DNA of 64,000 bases from Laetmonice hystrix (lineage: Eukaryota), in assembly GCA_965235115.1 (NCBI GenBank), contig OZ249453.1, forward strand, positions 17,050,001 to 17,114,000, read 5' to 3'. This document shows, piece after piece, positions 25,204 to 38,418 of this stretch (its first letter is position 1; each line of letters opens with the position of its first letter). The position numbers and the translations under genes were made by a program. The notes under the pieces are model-generated. The model ran no database searches. It saw only the letters and a program-made list of their open reading frames with translations, and had not been told where the DNA came from.

Positions 25204-25822
25204 ATATGGAAAGTGCCGTCAGTTTCAGTAGTAGGATATGGAAAGTGCCGTCAGTTTCAGTAGTAGGATATGGAAAGTGCCGTCAGTTTCAGTAGTAGGA
25301 TATGGAAAGTGGCGTAAGTTTCATTAGTAGGATATGGAAAGTGCCGTCAGTTTCAGTAGTAGGATATGGAAAGTGGCGTAAGTTTCAGTAGTAGGATATG
25401 GAAAGTGCCGTCAGTTTCAGTAGTAGGATATGGAAAGTGCCGTCAGTTTCAGTAGAAGGATATGGAAAGTGCCGTAAGTGTCAGTAGTAGGATATGGAAA
25501 GTGCCGTCAGTTTCAGTAGTAGGATATGGAAAGTGCCGTCAGTTTCAGTAGTACTAATATATGGAAAGTGCCGTAAGTTTCAGTAGTAGGATATGGAAAG
25601 TGCCGTAAGTTTCAGTAGTAGGATATGGAAAGTGCCGTAAGTTTCAGTAGTAGGATATGGAAAGTGCCGTCAGTTTCAGTAGTATTATGGAAAGTGCCAT
25701 CAGTTTCAGTAGCAGGATATGGAAAGTGCCGTCAGTTTCAGTAGTAGGATATGGAAAGTACCGTAAGTTTCAGTAGTAGGATATGGAAAGTGCCGTAAGT
25801 TTCAGTAGTAGGATATAGAAAG
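25204..25822. repeat. Minisatellite, 32-bp unit GGATATGGAAAGTGCCGTCAGTTTCAGTAGTA, ~19 copies
   Basis: Direct tandem periodicity. Confidence 0.97.
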
Positions 25823-26627
25823 TTGCGTTTATTGCAGGTTTTCTCCAGTACGTAGTGAACGAGATGTATGTTCCTGGTATTGTTACTACTTTCATACCAC
25901 GCATGCGGTGCATGTTAAGTCCGGTAGTATTTTCTCATTATCTGGACATAATCTATATTTACCCACGGTCTATCTTATTAAGACCAATAGCAGATATAAA
26001 TCCGAGTTTCTGTCACGACTAGTAATAACACTCAGAGTATTCCCTGGCGTTTCTCAGTGAGAAATGACTGTCTCTAAAGACATGCACGTGTCTATGATTT
26101 GTGGCTGAAATAGGCTGCCAAAATCGGAATGTTTACGGGACTAGTTATTCTTATCTGTCAAGAAATAACGGTTATTGGATCTACATAATATACTCGAACC
26201 TTGCTTTGGGGTGACGCCTTGAAGTCTGCTGATTATGGAACAACTACAGCTCGATTCAAACGCTCACTTTATGGAACTGCTACTGGTTCAGCGAAACATT
26301 GATTAGCGAATCGATTTGGGCAACAGGGGGTGCGCAGTTGGTGGGTGGTATGTGAAATGGGGGAAATTTACGGGACCCTATAGGGCCAGGGGGTGTTACC
26401 ATTCATCACACGATGCCAGGATAAGCAGAATAAACCAGATTTAAGGTTCCAGGGTTTGGCAAACTGACACAGCGAGTTTTAGGTGTGATGGCGTGTGAAT
26501 GTAAAACTGAGGGATAAATGTTCCTTTTTGGTTGTTACGTAGAAACATGTAATATGTAGCAGAGTTGAATAATTCAGTTAGGGTGTCTCCAGGAGGTGTT
26601 CGTTTTGGTATGGATTTCATTGACCAT

Positions 26628-29600
26628 CGCCCCAGTTGACCTCCTACAATATGTGGTACACCCGTAACCGCCCCAGTTCACCTCCTACAATATGTGGTAC
26701 ACCCGTAACCGCCCCAAGTGACCTCCTACAATATGTGGTACACCCGTAACCGCCCCAGTTGACCTCCTACAATATGTGGTACACCCGTAACCGCCCCAGT
26801 TGACCTCCTACAATATGTGGTACACCCGTAACCGCCCCAGTTGACCTCCTACAATATGTGGTACACCCGTAACCGCCCCAGTTGACCTCCTACAATATGT
26901 GGTACACCCGTAACCGCCCCAAGTGACCTCCTACAATATGTGGTACACCCGTAACCGCCCCAGTTGACCTCCTACAATATGTGGTACACCCGTAACCGCC
27001 CCAAGTGACCTCCTACAATATGTGGTACACCCGTAACCGCCCCAAGTGACCTCCTACAATATGTGGTACACCCGTAACCGCCCCAGTTGACCTCCTACAA
27101 TATGTGGTACACCCGTAACCGCCACAAGTGACCTCCTACAATATGTGGTACACCCGTAACCGCCCCAGTTGACCTCCTACAATATGTGGTACACCCGTAA
27201 CCGCCCCAAGTGACCTCCTACAATATGTGGTACACCCGTAACCGCCCCAGTTGACCTCCTACAATATGTGGTACACCCGTAACCGCCCCAAGTGACCTCC
27301 TACAATATGTGGTACACCCGTAACCGCCCCAAGTGACCTCCTACAATATGTGGTACACCCGTAACCTCCCCAAGTGACCTCCTACAATATGTGGTACACC
27401 CGTAACCGCCCCAGTTGACCTCCTACAATATGTGGTACACCCGTAACCGCCCCAAGTGACCTCCCACAATATGTGGTACACCCGTAACCGCCCCAGTTGA
27501 CCTCCTACAATATGTGGTACACCCGTAACCGCCCCAGTTGACCTCCTACAATATGTGGTACACCCGTAACCGCCCCAGTTGACCTCCTACAATATGTGGT
27601 ACACCCGTAACCGCCCCAGTTCACCTCCTACAATATGTGGTACACCCGTAACCGCCCCAGTTCACCTCCTACAATATGTGGTACACCCGTAACCGCCCCA
27701 GTTGACCTCCTACAATATGTGGTACACCCGTAACCGCCCCAGTTGACCTCCTACAATATGTGGTACACCCGTAACCGCCCCAATTGACCTCCTACAATAT
27801 GTGGTACACCCGTAACCGCCCCAAGTGACCTCCTACAATATGTGGTACACCCGTAACCGCCCCAGTTGACCTCCTACAATATGTGGTACACCCGTAACCG
27901 CCCCAGTTGACCTCCTACAATATGTGGTACACCCGTAACCGCCCCAGTTGACCTCCTACAATATGTGGTACACCCGTAACCGCCCCAGTTGACCTCCTAC
28001 AATATGTGGTACACCCGTAACCGCCCCAGTTGAACTCCTACAATATGTGGTACACCCGTAACCGCCCCAATTGACCTCCTACAATATGTGGTACACCCGT
28101 AACCGCCCCAAGTGACCTCCTACAATATGTGGTACACCCGTAACCGCCCCAGTTGGCCTCCTACAATATGTGGTACACCCGTAACCGCCCCAATTGACCT
28201 CCTACAATATGTGGTACACCCGTAACCGCCCCAAGTGACCTCCTACAATATGTGGTACACCCGTAACCGCCCCAATTGACCTCCTACAATATGTGGTACA
28301 CCCGTAACCGCCCCAAGTGACCTCCTACAATATGTGGTACACCCGTAACCGCCCCAATTGACCTCCTACAATATGTGGTACACCCGTAACCGCCCCAATT
28401 GACCTCCTACAATATGTGGTACACCCGTAACCGCCCCAGTTGACCTCCTACAATATGTGGTACACCCGTAACCGCCCTAATTGACCTCCTACAATATGTG
28501 GTACACCCGTAACCACCCCAGTTGACCTCCTACAATATGTGGTACACCCGTAACCGCCCCAAGTGACCTCCTACAATATGTGGTACACCCGTAACCGCCC
28601 CAAGTGACCTCCTACAATATGTGGTACACCCGTAACCGCCACAAGTGACCTCCTACAATATGTGGTACACCCGTAACCGCCCCAGTTGACCTCCTACAAT
28701 ATGTGGTACACCCGTAACCGCCCCAGTTGACCTCCTACAATATGTGGTACACCCGTAACCGCCACAAGTGACCTCCTACAATATGTAGTACACCCGTAAC
28801 CGCCCCAGTTGACCTCCTACAATATGTGGTACACCCGTAACCGCCCCAGTTGACCTCCTACAATATGTGGTACACCCGTAACCGCCACAAGTGACCTCCT
28901 GCAATATGTGGTACACCCGTAACCGCCCCAGTTGGCCTCCTACAATATGTGGTACACCCGTAACCGCCCCAGTTGACCTCCTACAATATGTGGTACACCC
29001 GTAACCGCCCCAGTTGACCTCCTACAATATGTGGTACACCCGTAACCGCCCCAGTTGACCTCCTACAATATGTGGTACACCCGTAACCGCCCCAGTTGAC
29101 CTCCTACAATATGTGGTACACCCGTAACCGCCCCAGTTGACCTCCTGCAATATGTGGTACACCCGTAACCGCCCCAGTTGACCTCCTGCAATATGTGGTA
29201 CACCCGTAACCGCCCCAAGTGACCTCCTACAATATGTGGTACACCCGTAACCGCCCCAGTAGACCTCCTACAATATGTGGTACACCCGTAACCGCCCCAG
29301 TTGACCTCCTACAATATGTGGTACACCCGTAACCGCCCAAGTGACCTCCTACAATATGTGGTACACCCGTAACCGCCCAAGTGACCTCCTACAATATGTG
29401 GTACACCCGTAACCGCCACAGTTGACCTCCTACAATATGTGGTACACCCGTAACCGCCCCAGTTGACCTCCTACAATATGTGGTACACCCGTAACCGCCC
29501 CAGTTGACCTCCTGCAATATGTGGTACACCCGTAACCGCCCCAGTTGACCTCCTACAATATGTGGTACACCCGTAACCGCCCCAGTTGACCTCCTACAAT

Positions 29601-29864
29601 ATGTGGTACACCCGTAACCGCCCCAATTGACCTCCTACAATATGTGGTACACCCGTAACCGCCCCAGTTGACCTCCTACAATATGTGGTACACCCGTAAC
29701 CGCCCTAATTGACCTCCTACAATATGTGGTACACCCGTAACCGCCCCAAGTGACCTCCTACAATATGTGGTACACCCGTAACCGCCCCAGTTGACCTCCT
29801 ACAATATGTGGTACACCCGTAACCGCCCCAGTTGACCTCCTACAATATGTGGTACACCCGTAAC
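26628..29864. repeat. Minisatellite, 41-bp unit GACCTCCTACAATATGTGGTACACCCGTAACCGCCCCAGTT, ~79 copies
   Basis: Highly homogeneous array; variation concentrated in CAGTT/CAAGT/CAATT. Confidence 0.99.
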
Positions 29865-30163
29865 GTGTGTTCACCTTGCCAAGGTCACGGTTGAGCACAG
29901 GTTGACCCCCAAACGGCTATTACACAATGAACGGGTGAATTATCACCAATTATTTCCCTGATTTGATTATCTCCACGGTTCCTCCGCTGATTTGAATTGA
30001 AGAGAGACACTCAAACTCCCATTGGAAAAAATCCTAGAGAAGATGTTCAAGCATAATAATTGTATGTGATTAATGATTAAATTTACCTTAGCTAAAATGT
30101 GTACCAGGAGGATGTGCCGCTTATATGTTTACACGGACTAAACGTGGCCTGACCTACTCGCCT

Positions 30164-31609
30164 TACACACCCAATACACACCCCATCAACCAGTTCCAAT
30201 ACACACCCAGCACACCACATCAACCAGTCCCAATACACACCCAACCACACCCATCAACCAGTTCCAATACACACCCAGCACACCCCATCAACCAGTCCCA
30301 ATACACACCCAACCACACCCATCAACCAGTCCCAATACACACCCAACCACACCCATCAACCAGTCCCAATACACACCCAACCACACCCATCAACCAGTCC
30401 CAATACACACCCAACCACACCCATCAACCAGTCCTAATACACACCCATCCCCACCCATCAACCAGTCCCAATACACACCCAACCACACCCATCAACCAGT
30501 CCCAATACACACCCAACCACACCCATCAACCAGTCCTAATACACACCCATCCCCACCCATCAACCAGTCCCAATACACACCCAACCACACCCATCAACCA
30601 GTCCTAATACACACCCATCCCCACCCATCAACCAGTCCCAATACACACCCACCCCCACCCATCAACCAGTCCCAATACACACCCAGCACACCCTATCAAC
30701 CAGTTCCAATACACACCCAGCACACCCCATCAACCAGTTCCAATACACACCCAGCACACTCCATCAACCAGTCCCAATACACACCCAACCACACCCCATC
30801 AACCAGTCCCAATACACACCCACCCCCACCCATCAACCAGTCCCAATACACACCCAACCACACCCATCAACCAGTCCCAATACACACCCAGCCACACCCA
30901 TCAACCAGTCCCAATACACACCCAGCATACCCCATCAACCAGTTCCAATACACACCCACCCCCACCCATCAACCAGTCCCAATACACACCCACCCCCAAC
31001 CATCAACCAGTCCCAATACACACCCACCCCCACCCATCAACCAGTCCCAATACACACCCAACCACACCCATCAACCAGTCCCAATACACACCCAACCACA
31101 CCCATCAACCAGTCCCAATACACACCCAGCCACACCCATCAACCAGTCCCAATACACACCCAGCACACCCATCAACCAGTCCCAATACACACCCAGCACA
31201 CCCATCAACCAGTCCCAATACACACCCAACCACACCCATCAACCAGTCCCAATACACACCCAACCACACCCATCAACCAGTTCCAATACACACCCAACCA
31301 CACCCATCAACCAGTTCCAATACACACCCAACCACACCCATCAACCAGTCCCAATACACACCCAGCCACACCCATCAACCAGTCCCAATACACACCCAAC
31401 CACACCCATCAACCAGTCCCAATACACACCCAGCCACACCCATCAACCAGTCCCAATACACACCCAACCACACCCATCAACCAGTTCCAATACACACCCA
31501 ACCACACCCATCAACCAGTTCCAATACACACCCAACCACACCCATCAACCAGTCCCAATACACACCCAGCCACACCCATCAACCAGTCCCAATACACACC
31601 CAGCACACC
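30164..31609. repeat. C/A-rich minisatellite, 34-bp unit CATCAACCAGTCCCAATACACACCCAACCACACC, ~42 copies
   Basis: Direct tandem periodicity; extreme strand skew (about one G per unit). Confidence 0.98.
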
Positions 31610-31725
31610 TGGAACCAGTCACCCTACACTGGTACTTTGTGTACTTTACTTTACATGTACACAAATGTAAAGTACATTTACATGTACTGTACTTTACATG
31701 AACCAGTCCGAGTATAGTAAGTGTT

Positions 31726-31870
31726 CACTGTGTACTTACACTGACCCCTGTCCACTGTGTACTTACACTGACCCCTGTCCACTCTGTACTTACACTGACC
31801 CCTGTCCACTGTGTACTTACACTGACCCCTGTCCACTGTGTATTTAGACTGACCCCTGTCCACTGTGTAC
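31726..31870. repeat. Minisatellite, 27-bp unit CACTGTGTACTTACACTGACCCCTGTC, ~5 copies
   Basis: Unit starts 31726, 31753, ... Confidence 0.95.
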
Positions 31871-31967
31871 ACCTAATGTGATCAGGAACAAACACTGACC
31901 GAGGGTGGATTAAGTACAGCACAGGTGATAGTGATCGATGGTATTGACAGACTGTGTAGAATATATC

Positions 31968-32296
31968 CGGTCAAACACACCCTGAATCAAACACAATATT
32001 GACAGGTGGAAGGTATACGGTCAAACACACCCTGAATCAAACACAATATTGACAGGTGGAAGGTATACGGTCAAACACACCCTGAATCAAACACAATATT
32101 GACAGGTGGAAGGTATACGGTCAAACACACCCTGAATCAAACACAATATTGACAGGTGGAAGGTATACGGTCAAACACACCCTGAATCAAACACAATATT
32201 GACAGGTAGAATGTATCCGGTCAAACACACCCTGAATCAAACACAATATTGACAGGTGGAAGTTATACGGTCAAACACACCCTGAATCAAACACAA
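31968..32296. repeat. Minisatellite, 50-bp unit, ~6.5 copies
   Basis: CGGTCAAACACACCCTGAATCAAACACAATATTGACAGGTGGAAGGTATA at 31968, 32018, ... Confidence 0.97.
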
Positions 32297-33299
32297 AGTA
32301 TCACCAGATCTTACCACTACTACACAGACTTGGATCCTTTCATGGCATGGAGTTCCGATCAAACGTGTATTTTTTGGACTATAACTCAGCCGCCAGTGTC
32401 AGATGAGGACGCTGATAAACACACATGTCCCGTCTTCCCCAGGATCAGAAAGTATCAGTCATTGATTCCTGTGTATTTGATGGGCTATAGATAGTAAAGT
32501 GGTGTGGTCGGTTTGTGCATTAACTCCCACACAAACACCTGGCTAGTGGTTGTTAGAAAAATCCTGGCACGCAACCCCCTAGGGTGTCACTCAGGTTCAG
32601 TGGGGTTAAGGGTCAACAAGTACATTTCTGCTCTGGCCAGTGCCCTACCTTGGTCATCATTAAAATGCTCTGGGTTAGAGTTTTTTTTACTTCTTTAGTA
32701 TGTATATTTTCGCGATTTTTGTGCCCCCCCCCCCCCTCAGAATTGCGATAAAAAAGGCAAGTGCCTAAAAGGCACACGGAAATACTTTATGTATGTGCAT
32801 TGTGCCCTACTATTATGTATGTTGATACTTATTGATTAGGGGCCCAGTAATACATTCTCTCCCGTATTCTTCCCAGGTCAGAGAAATTACCCTAAAACTA
32901 TAATATGATGATATAATTATAGCTAGCTTTACTTTAAATTTATTGACCCAAAATATGCAAATATTTAGAACTAAAAGGAAAGGAATAAAAAAGTGACTAG
33001 TGTTTGAGATGAGATGAATGAGGTAGCCATGATCCAGTACCGTAGACAAAGACGGCATGCTCCTTACGGATAGTTTTTATCTCGATCAGCCATGCATGGT
33101 AGATAAGAATGATGCCAACCATGGGAATGCCGGGAGGCGATCTTGGCCATTGTCTGGGAGATATCCTTGAGTGGGGTGAGGATGGCGAGAAGACGTCAGT
33201 TAAAGGCGGGATGTGGATGCTAGACGAACCTGCTTCATCTTCTCAACAAGGTTCAGCATCCGCGCCAAAAGGAGAACCAAACGAGGAACGAACAGGGAA

Positions 33300-33460
33300 A
33301 CATTTCGGAATGGTGAAGCGATTATTCGGGGCAGAGTGTTCCACATGTAAAGCTTTTCAAATTATAATTCCACCTGAGATCGGTGACTTCCTTCTGTCTT
33401 TGCTTCATTCTGGTTGTCCTTCTGACCTTGAGATGTCGGGTAGAGGTCACAGGTTTATCG
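33300..33460 (-). mobile_element. Possible decayed 3' end of a CR1/L2-type LINE ORF2
   Basis: Minus strand reads NYNLKSFT then, after a frameshift, WNTLPRII, resembling the C-terminal KSF....G..LWN.LP motif; no RT core seen. Confidence 0.3.
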
Positions 33461-33751
33461 ATAAAAGCCAAAGAACATTTTGGTCGTGGTGCCATTTGTC
33501 ACAATCCACATCAGCGGAGAGGAATACCCGCTTGTGTCGATACCACTGCGAACATCTGTTTCCCTCCTAAAGCACGCCAATTGTACGTCAGTCCTAAGAT
33601 ATTTCTTCTTTTTGGAAATCCTGTTTACTAGAAGAAAGTGATATATTGGTCCGTGAGGGTATCATACATTTAACCGAACGTCGAACAGGTGCAAATACAT
33701 AGAATTTCAAAGATGGTTTCTTTCCGAACACAATATCAAACACTGCATCTC

Positions 33752-35450
33752 GGGATTTCTTCATACCAGAGCTGTATCACAGTCTGACTTAGTGTATTCT
33801 CACGGACCAGAGATTTCTTCATACCAGAGCTGTATCACAGTCTGACTTAGTGTATTCTCATGGCCCAGAGATTTCTTCATACCAGAGCTGTATCACAATC
33901 TGACTTAGTGTATTCTCACGGACCAGAGATTTCTTCATACCAGAGCTGTATCACAGTCTGACTTAGTGTATTCTCACGGACCAGAGATTTCTTCATACCA
34001 GAGCTGTATCACAGTCTGACTTAGTGTATTCTCACGGACCAGGGATTTCTTCATACCAGAGCTGTATCACAGTCTCACTTAGTGTATCCTCACGGACCAG
34101 AGATTTCTTCATACCAGAGCTGTATCACAGTCTGACTTAGTGTATTCTCACGGACCAGAGATTTCTTCATACCAGAGCTGTATCACAGTCTGACTTAGTG
34201 TATTCTCATGGACCAGAGATTTCTTCATACCAGAGCTGTATCACAGTCTGACTTAGTGTATTCTCACGGACCAGAGATTTCTTCATACCAGAGCTGTATC
34301 ACAGTCTGACTTAGTGTATTCTCATGGACCAGAGATTTCTTCATACCAGAGCTGTATCACTGAATCACAGTCTGACTTAGTGTATTCTCACGGACCAGAG
34401 ATTTCTTCATACCAGAGCTGTATCACAGTCTGACTTAGTGTATTCTCACGGACCAGAGATTTCTTCATACCAGAGCTGTATCACTGAATCACAGTCTGAC
34501 TTAGTGTATTCTCACGGACCAGAGATTTCTTCATACCAGAGCTGTATCACAGTCTGACTTAGTGTATTCTCATGGACCAGAGATTTCTTCATACCAGAGC
34601 TGTATCACAGTCTGACTTAGTGTATTCTCACGGACCAGAGATTTCTTCATACCAGAGCTGTATCACAGTCTGACTTAGTGTATTCTCACGGACCAGAGAT
34701 TTCTTCATACCAGAGCTGTATCACAGTCTGACTTAGTGTATTCTCACGGACCCGAGATTTCTTCATACCAGAGCTGTATCACAGTCTGACTTAGTGTATT
34801 CTCACGGACCCGAGATTTCTTCATACCAGAGCTGTATCACAGTCTGACTTAGTGTATTCTCACGGACCAGAGATTTCTTCATACCAGAGCTGTATCACAG
34901 TCTGACTTAGTGTATTCTCATGGACCAGAGATTTCTTCATACCAGAGCTGTATCACAGTCTGACTTAGTGTATTCTCATGGACCAGAGATTTCTTCATAC
35001 CAGAGCTGTATCACAGTCTGACTTAGTGTATTCTCACGGACCAGAGATTTCTTCATGCCAGAGCTGTATCACAGTCTGACTTAGTGTATTCTCACAGACC
35101 AGAGATTTCTTCATACCAGAGCTGTATCTCAGTCTGACTTAGTGTATCCTCATGGACCAGAGATTTCTTCATACCAGAGCTGTATCACAGTCTGACTTAG
35201 TGTATTCTCACGGACCAGAGATTTCTTCATACCAGAGCTGTATCACAGTCTGACTTAGTGTATTCTCACGGACCAGAGATTTCTTCATACCAGAGCTGTA
35301 TCACAGTCTGACTTAGTGTATTCTCACGGACCAGAGATTTCTTCATACCAGAGCTGTATCACCATCTGACTTAGTGTATTCTCACGGACCAGAGATTTCT
35401 TCATACCAGAGCTGTATCACAGTCTGACTTAGTGTATTCTCACGGACCAG
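33752..35450. repeat. Minisatellite, 58-bp unit, ~29 copies
   Basis: Unit AGAGATTTCTTCATACCAGAGCTGTATCACAGTCTGACTTAGTGTATTCTCACGGACC; two units carry an 8-bp insertion TGAATCAC (34361, 34485). Confidence 0.99.
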
Positions 35451-37436
35451 AAATGCATTACTCGCTCCATATACTTACAGAATATGAAGGCCATTGTTAG
35501 AGTTCTCGCTTTGATAAATTCAATCTGTACTAGTAATAGAAGTATATTATATTTAGCCAGCTAAGAAGTAGATTAAGGTCTACACGTGTAGGTCTACATG
35601 TAGAGTAAAATTAATGCCGCCAGAGACTTTATACAAGTCACGGATTTTCTAAGCAATGTTCTAGCCGAAGTTAATTGTCATTTCAATTTAAACTACAAGC
35701 CAGGAATGAAAGCGTTTTCCCTATAGAACCATCTGGGATTGATCGTTAGATACCCATGGAATGCCACATAACGGAGTGTACCACGCCTTGACGAGATCCA
35801 AAAAAAGATCAGACACACTTTGAGGTTGTATATATACCGGTACGTGTGGAAGGTTGCATGCATTCACTTTGATTCGATCAATATAAAAACATCATGCCTT
35901 ACGATTACGAACTCAGCTCGTTCCGTGGAGTGAACCGTCCGGTTGGACACCTGAGAATGACGCCGGATGGAATAAAGAAGATATATGATGCCTTATATTC
36001 ATATTTATTATTCCACACGCCACTCCGAAGGTCGACCCTGTTTCTCATATAAGTTGGATAGGTCTGTTTGGCACAGATGTAAGTCATTCCACCACTGTAG
36101 GGATCTCTTGGCGATGGTCATGTGCCTGCCTATACTCCCAGGTTCTGTTTAAACAGAGAAGCCACTCGCGTGTTTGGCGGCTATGCCAGGCTGATGCTCT
36201 ATCTTTCAAAATCTCATGAATTAGCCGTCGATCATATCCGCCAGTTTTGTCTCTGGAAATGGAAATTATTTATGTCTGGTAAGATCTTGGAGGAAGACCA
36301 GTGTGCTTATCTTTGTGAGATGACCTCTTAGTTTGTTAATAACTCAAACAGTAACTATCATCCCATCCCGTAAAACAGCGTCAAACCTCAGGATAGTGCC
36401 TCCTGTAAGCTACTCGATCAAAATACCTTTGAGGCCTTATAATGAAATATGTATGGCATCTTAATTCGTCATCCTTTCTCGTTCTTGTCGACTGGTTCCG
36501 AAAATGGAAATTATTTTTAATAAAGTTGAATCAGGGAAATTCACGAGTGAATGTGGCATTAGAGAAAGACGGCCGAATGAAAAGATTGTCACACTTGATG
36601 GATGAAAAACGAAGCTGTTTTAAATGAACGTTAAGGAACGTATTCATGACTGAGGTTTGCTCAGAGACAACAGCCATTTTCATTCATAAAAAAATGACGG
36701 GACTAATAAATAAAACGGTGCCAGATTTATTTAGGGACGAGTTGCATATTTCGAGATGAATACCATCTTCGTTTTGCGTGGGATTCGATACTCGATAACA
36801 ACTTCCGCCTGATCTCTAGTTATTTTGTGATCGCTATAAAGGACTTATAATAACCAGAGAAAAGTCAAATGTAGCAACCAGCAAATTCTATTTCAGGCAA
36901 TTCACGCATGAGACAGGATTCAATGGGAAAGGACATCAGCCACGTAACCTCTTGCGGTATCTCAGGCCTAATGCTACAGGCCGAAAATAGGTTAAACATT
37001 TGCATAATTTAAAGGCGAGAGATGATATCGAGCCTGCCTTGGTCCCTTAACAATATTGGGTTTCACTGAGGCATGATCCAAACGGCTTTGTTTTAATCTA
37101 CCAGGCGGGTAGGTGGCCTTGAAGTCAGGTTTTAGATTGAGCCCTCGGTAACCTTTCAGTACCCGCCCAATATAAGCTGACGAATCACAAAGATTTGATG
37201 AGCAGGCAGGTTCATGTTACATGAACCATCAAGGATAAAGACATCGAAATCTTAGTGTTTTTTTCATATAAGATTTTAGATAAATTCATGCAACATGTAT
37301 TGTTTTACAGCGGATTATCAAGGGTTTTGTTAGGGGACTTTTGTTTTGCACGTTCCGTCCAACACGTGGGACCGTTGACCCTGAGATGCATGTGAATGGT
37401 CATCTCTTGGGGTCTGACCTCAAAACATGATCCCCG

Positions 37437-37485
37437 CCACCAGGGGGAGCGCGCCGGCTCGCCTGGGTCTGCCGCCAGGGGGCAC
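37437..37485 (+). promoter_or_regulatory. Tandem pair of CTCF-like motifs
   Basis: CCACCAGGGGGAGC (37437-37450) and CCGCCAGGGGGCAC (37472-37485), same orientation. Confidence 0.5.
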
Positions 37486-37541
37486 TGTATAACGCCTCCA
37501 GAGGTGTGGATCGCGGATTAAGATCTGAAGGGAGAAGTTCT

Positions 37542-37941
37542 GAAATATCATTGGTTAGTGGTGATGTAGGGCAGACATCACCGGGATATTATGGACTGGT
37601 AGACGCTGCAATATCATTGGTTAGTGAGGATGTAGGGCAGACACCACCGGGATATTATGGACTGGTAGACGCTGAAATATCATTGGTTAGTGGGGACGTA
37701 GGGCAGACAGCACCGGGATATTATGGACTGGTAGACGCTGCAATATCATTGGTTAGTGGGGATGTAGGGCAGACACCACCGGGATATTATGGACTGGTAG
37801 ACGCTACAATATCATTAGTTAGTGAGGATGTAGGGCCGACACCAAAGGGATATTATGGACTGGTAGACGCTGCAATATCATTGGTTAGTGGGGATGTAGG
37901 GCCGACACCACCGGGATATTATGGACTGGTAGACGCTGAAC
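37542..37941. repeat. Minisatellite, 66-bp unit, 6 copies
   Basis: AATATCATTGG at 37544, 37610, ...; produces ORF 37506-37946 with a 22-aa repeat. Confidence 0.96.
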
Positions 37942-38301
37942 CTTGACAGTCATCAATAGACTCCGGACATGGGCCAAAAGAGTACTTAACAGAAATGGGC
38001 ATGGCTTATGTGTCACATAACAGATCAAAGGGATTGGAAAGGCCATCTAAAAGGATCTAAGATCTCATTGTCAGACGCTAGATGTACCAGTTCCAACCGT
38101 AAAATGATTTTTCCCGTACGATGACGTCGTAGTATGGGTATATGTACAGCCGTCTCAAACTAAATGAAACTAGATGGACAAAGTTAGAAATTAGTATTTT
38201 CTTTACCCAGAAATGCCCATAACCCCTGGCTCTAACGGTATTGGATTAATAGTTTTAAACATAAGAACCTAGGATTGAAGAAAATATGGCTGGAGGTATG
38301 A

Positions 38302-38418
38302 ATGTAGGCGACCTGCAGCGTCGTGATGTAGGTGACCTGCAGCGTCGTGATGTAGGCCACCTGCAGCGTCGTGATGTAGGCCACCTGCAGCGTCGTGATG
38401 TAGGCCACCTGCAGCGTC
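38302..38418. repeat. Minisatellite, 24-bp unit ATGTAGGCCACCTGCAGCGTCGTG, ~5 copies
   Basis: Direct tandem periodicity. Confidence 0.95.

Noticed and set aside
33752-35450. TATCACAGTCTGA in the 58-bp unit resembles miR-2/miR-11 family 5' ends
   Set aside because: No complementary arm or pre-miRNA hairpin within the unit; a short match is expected by chance.
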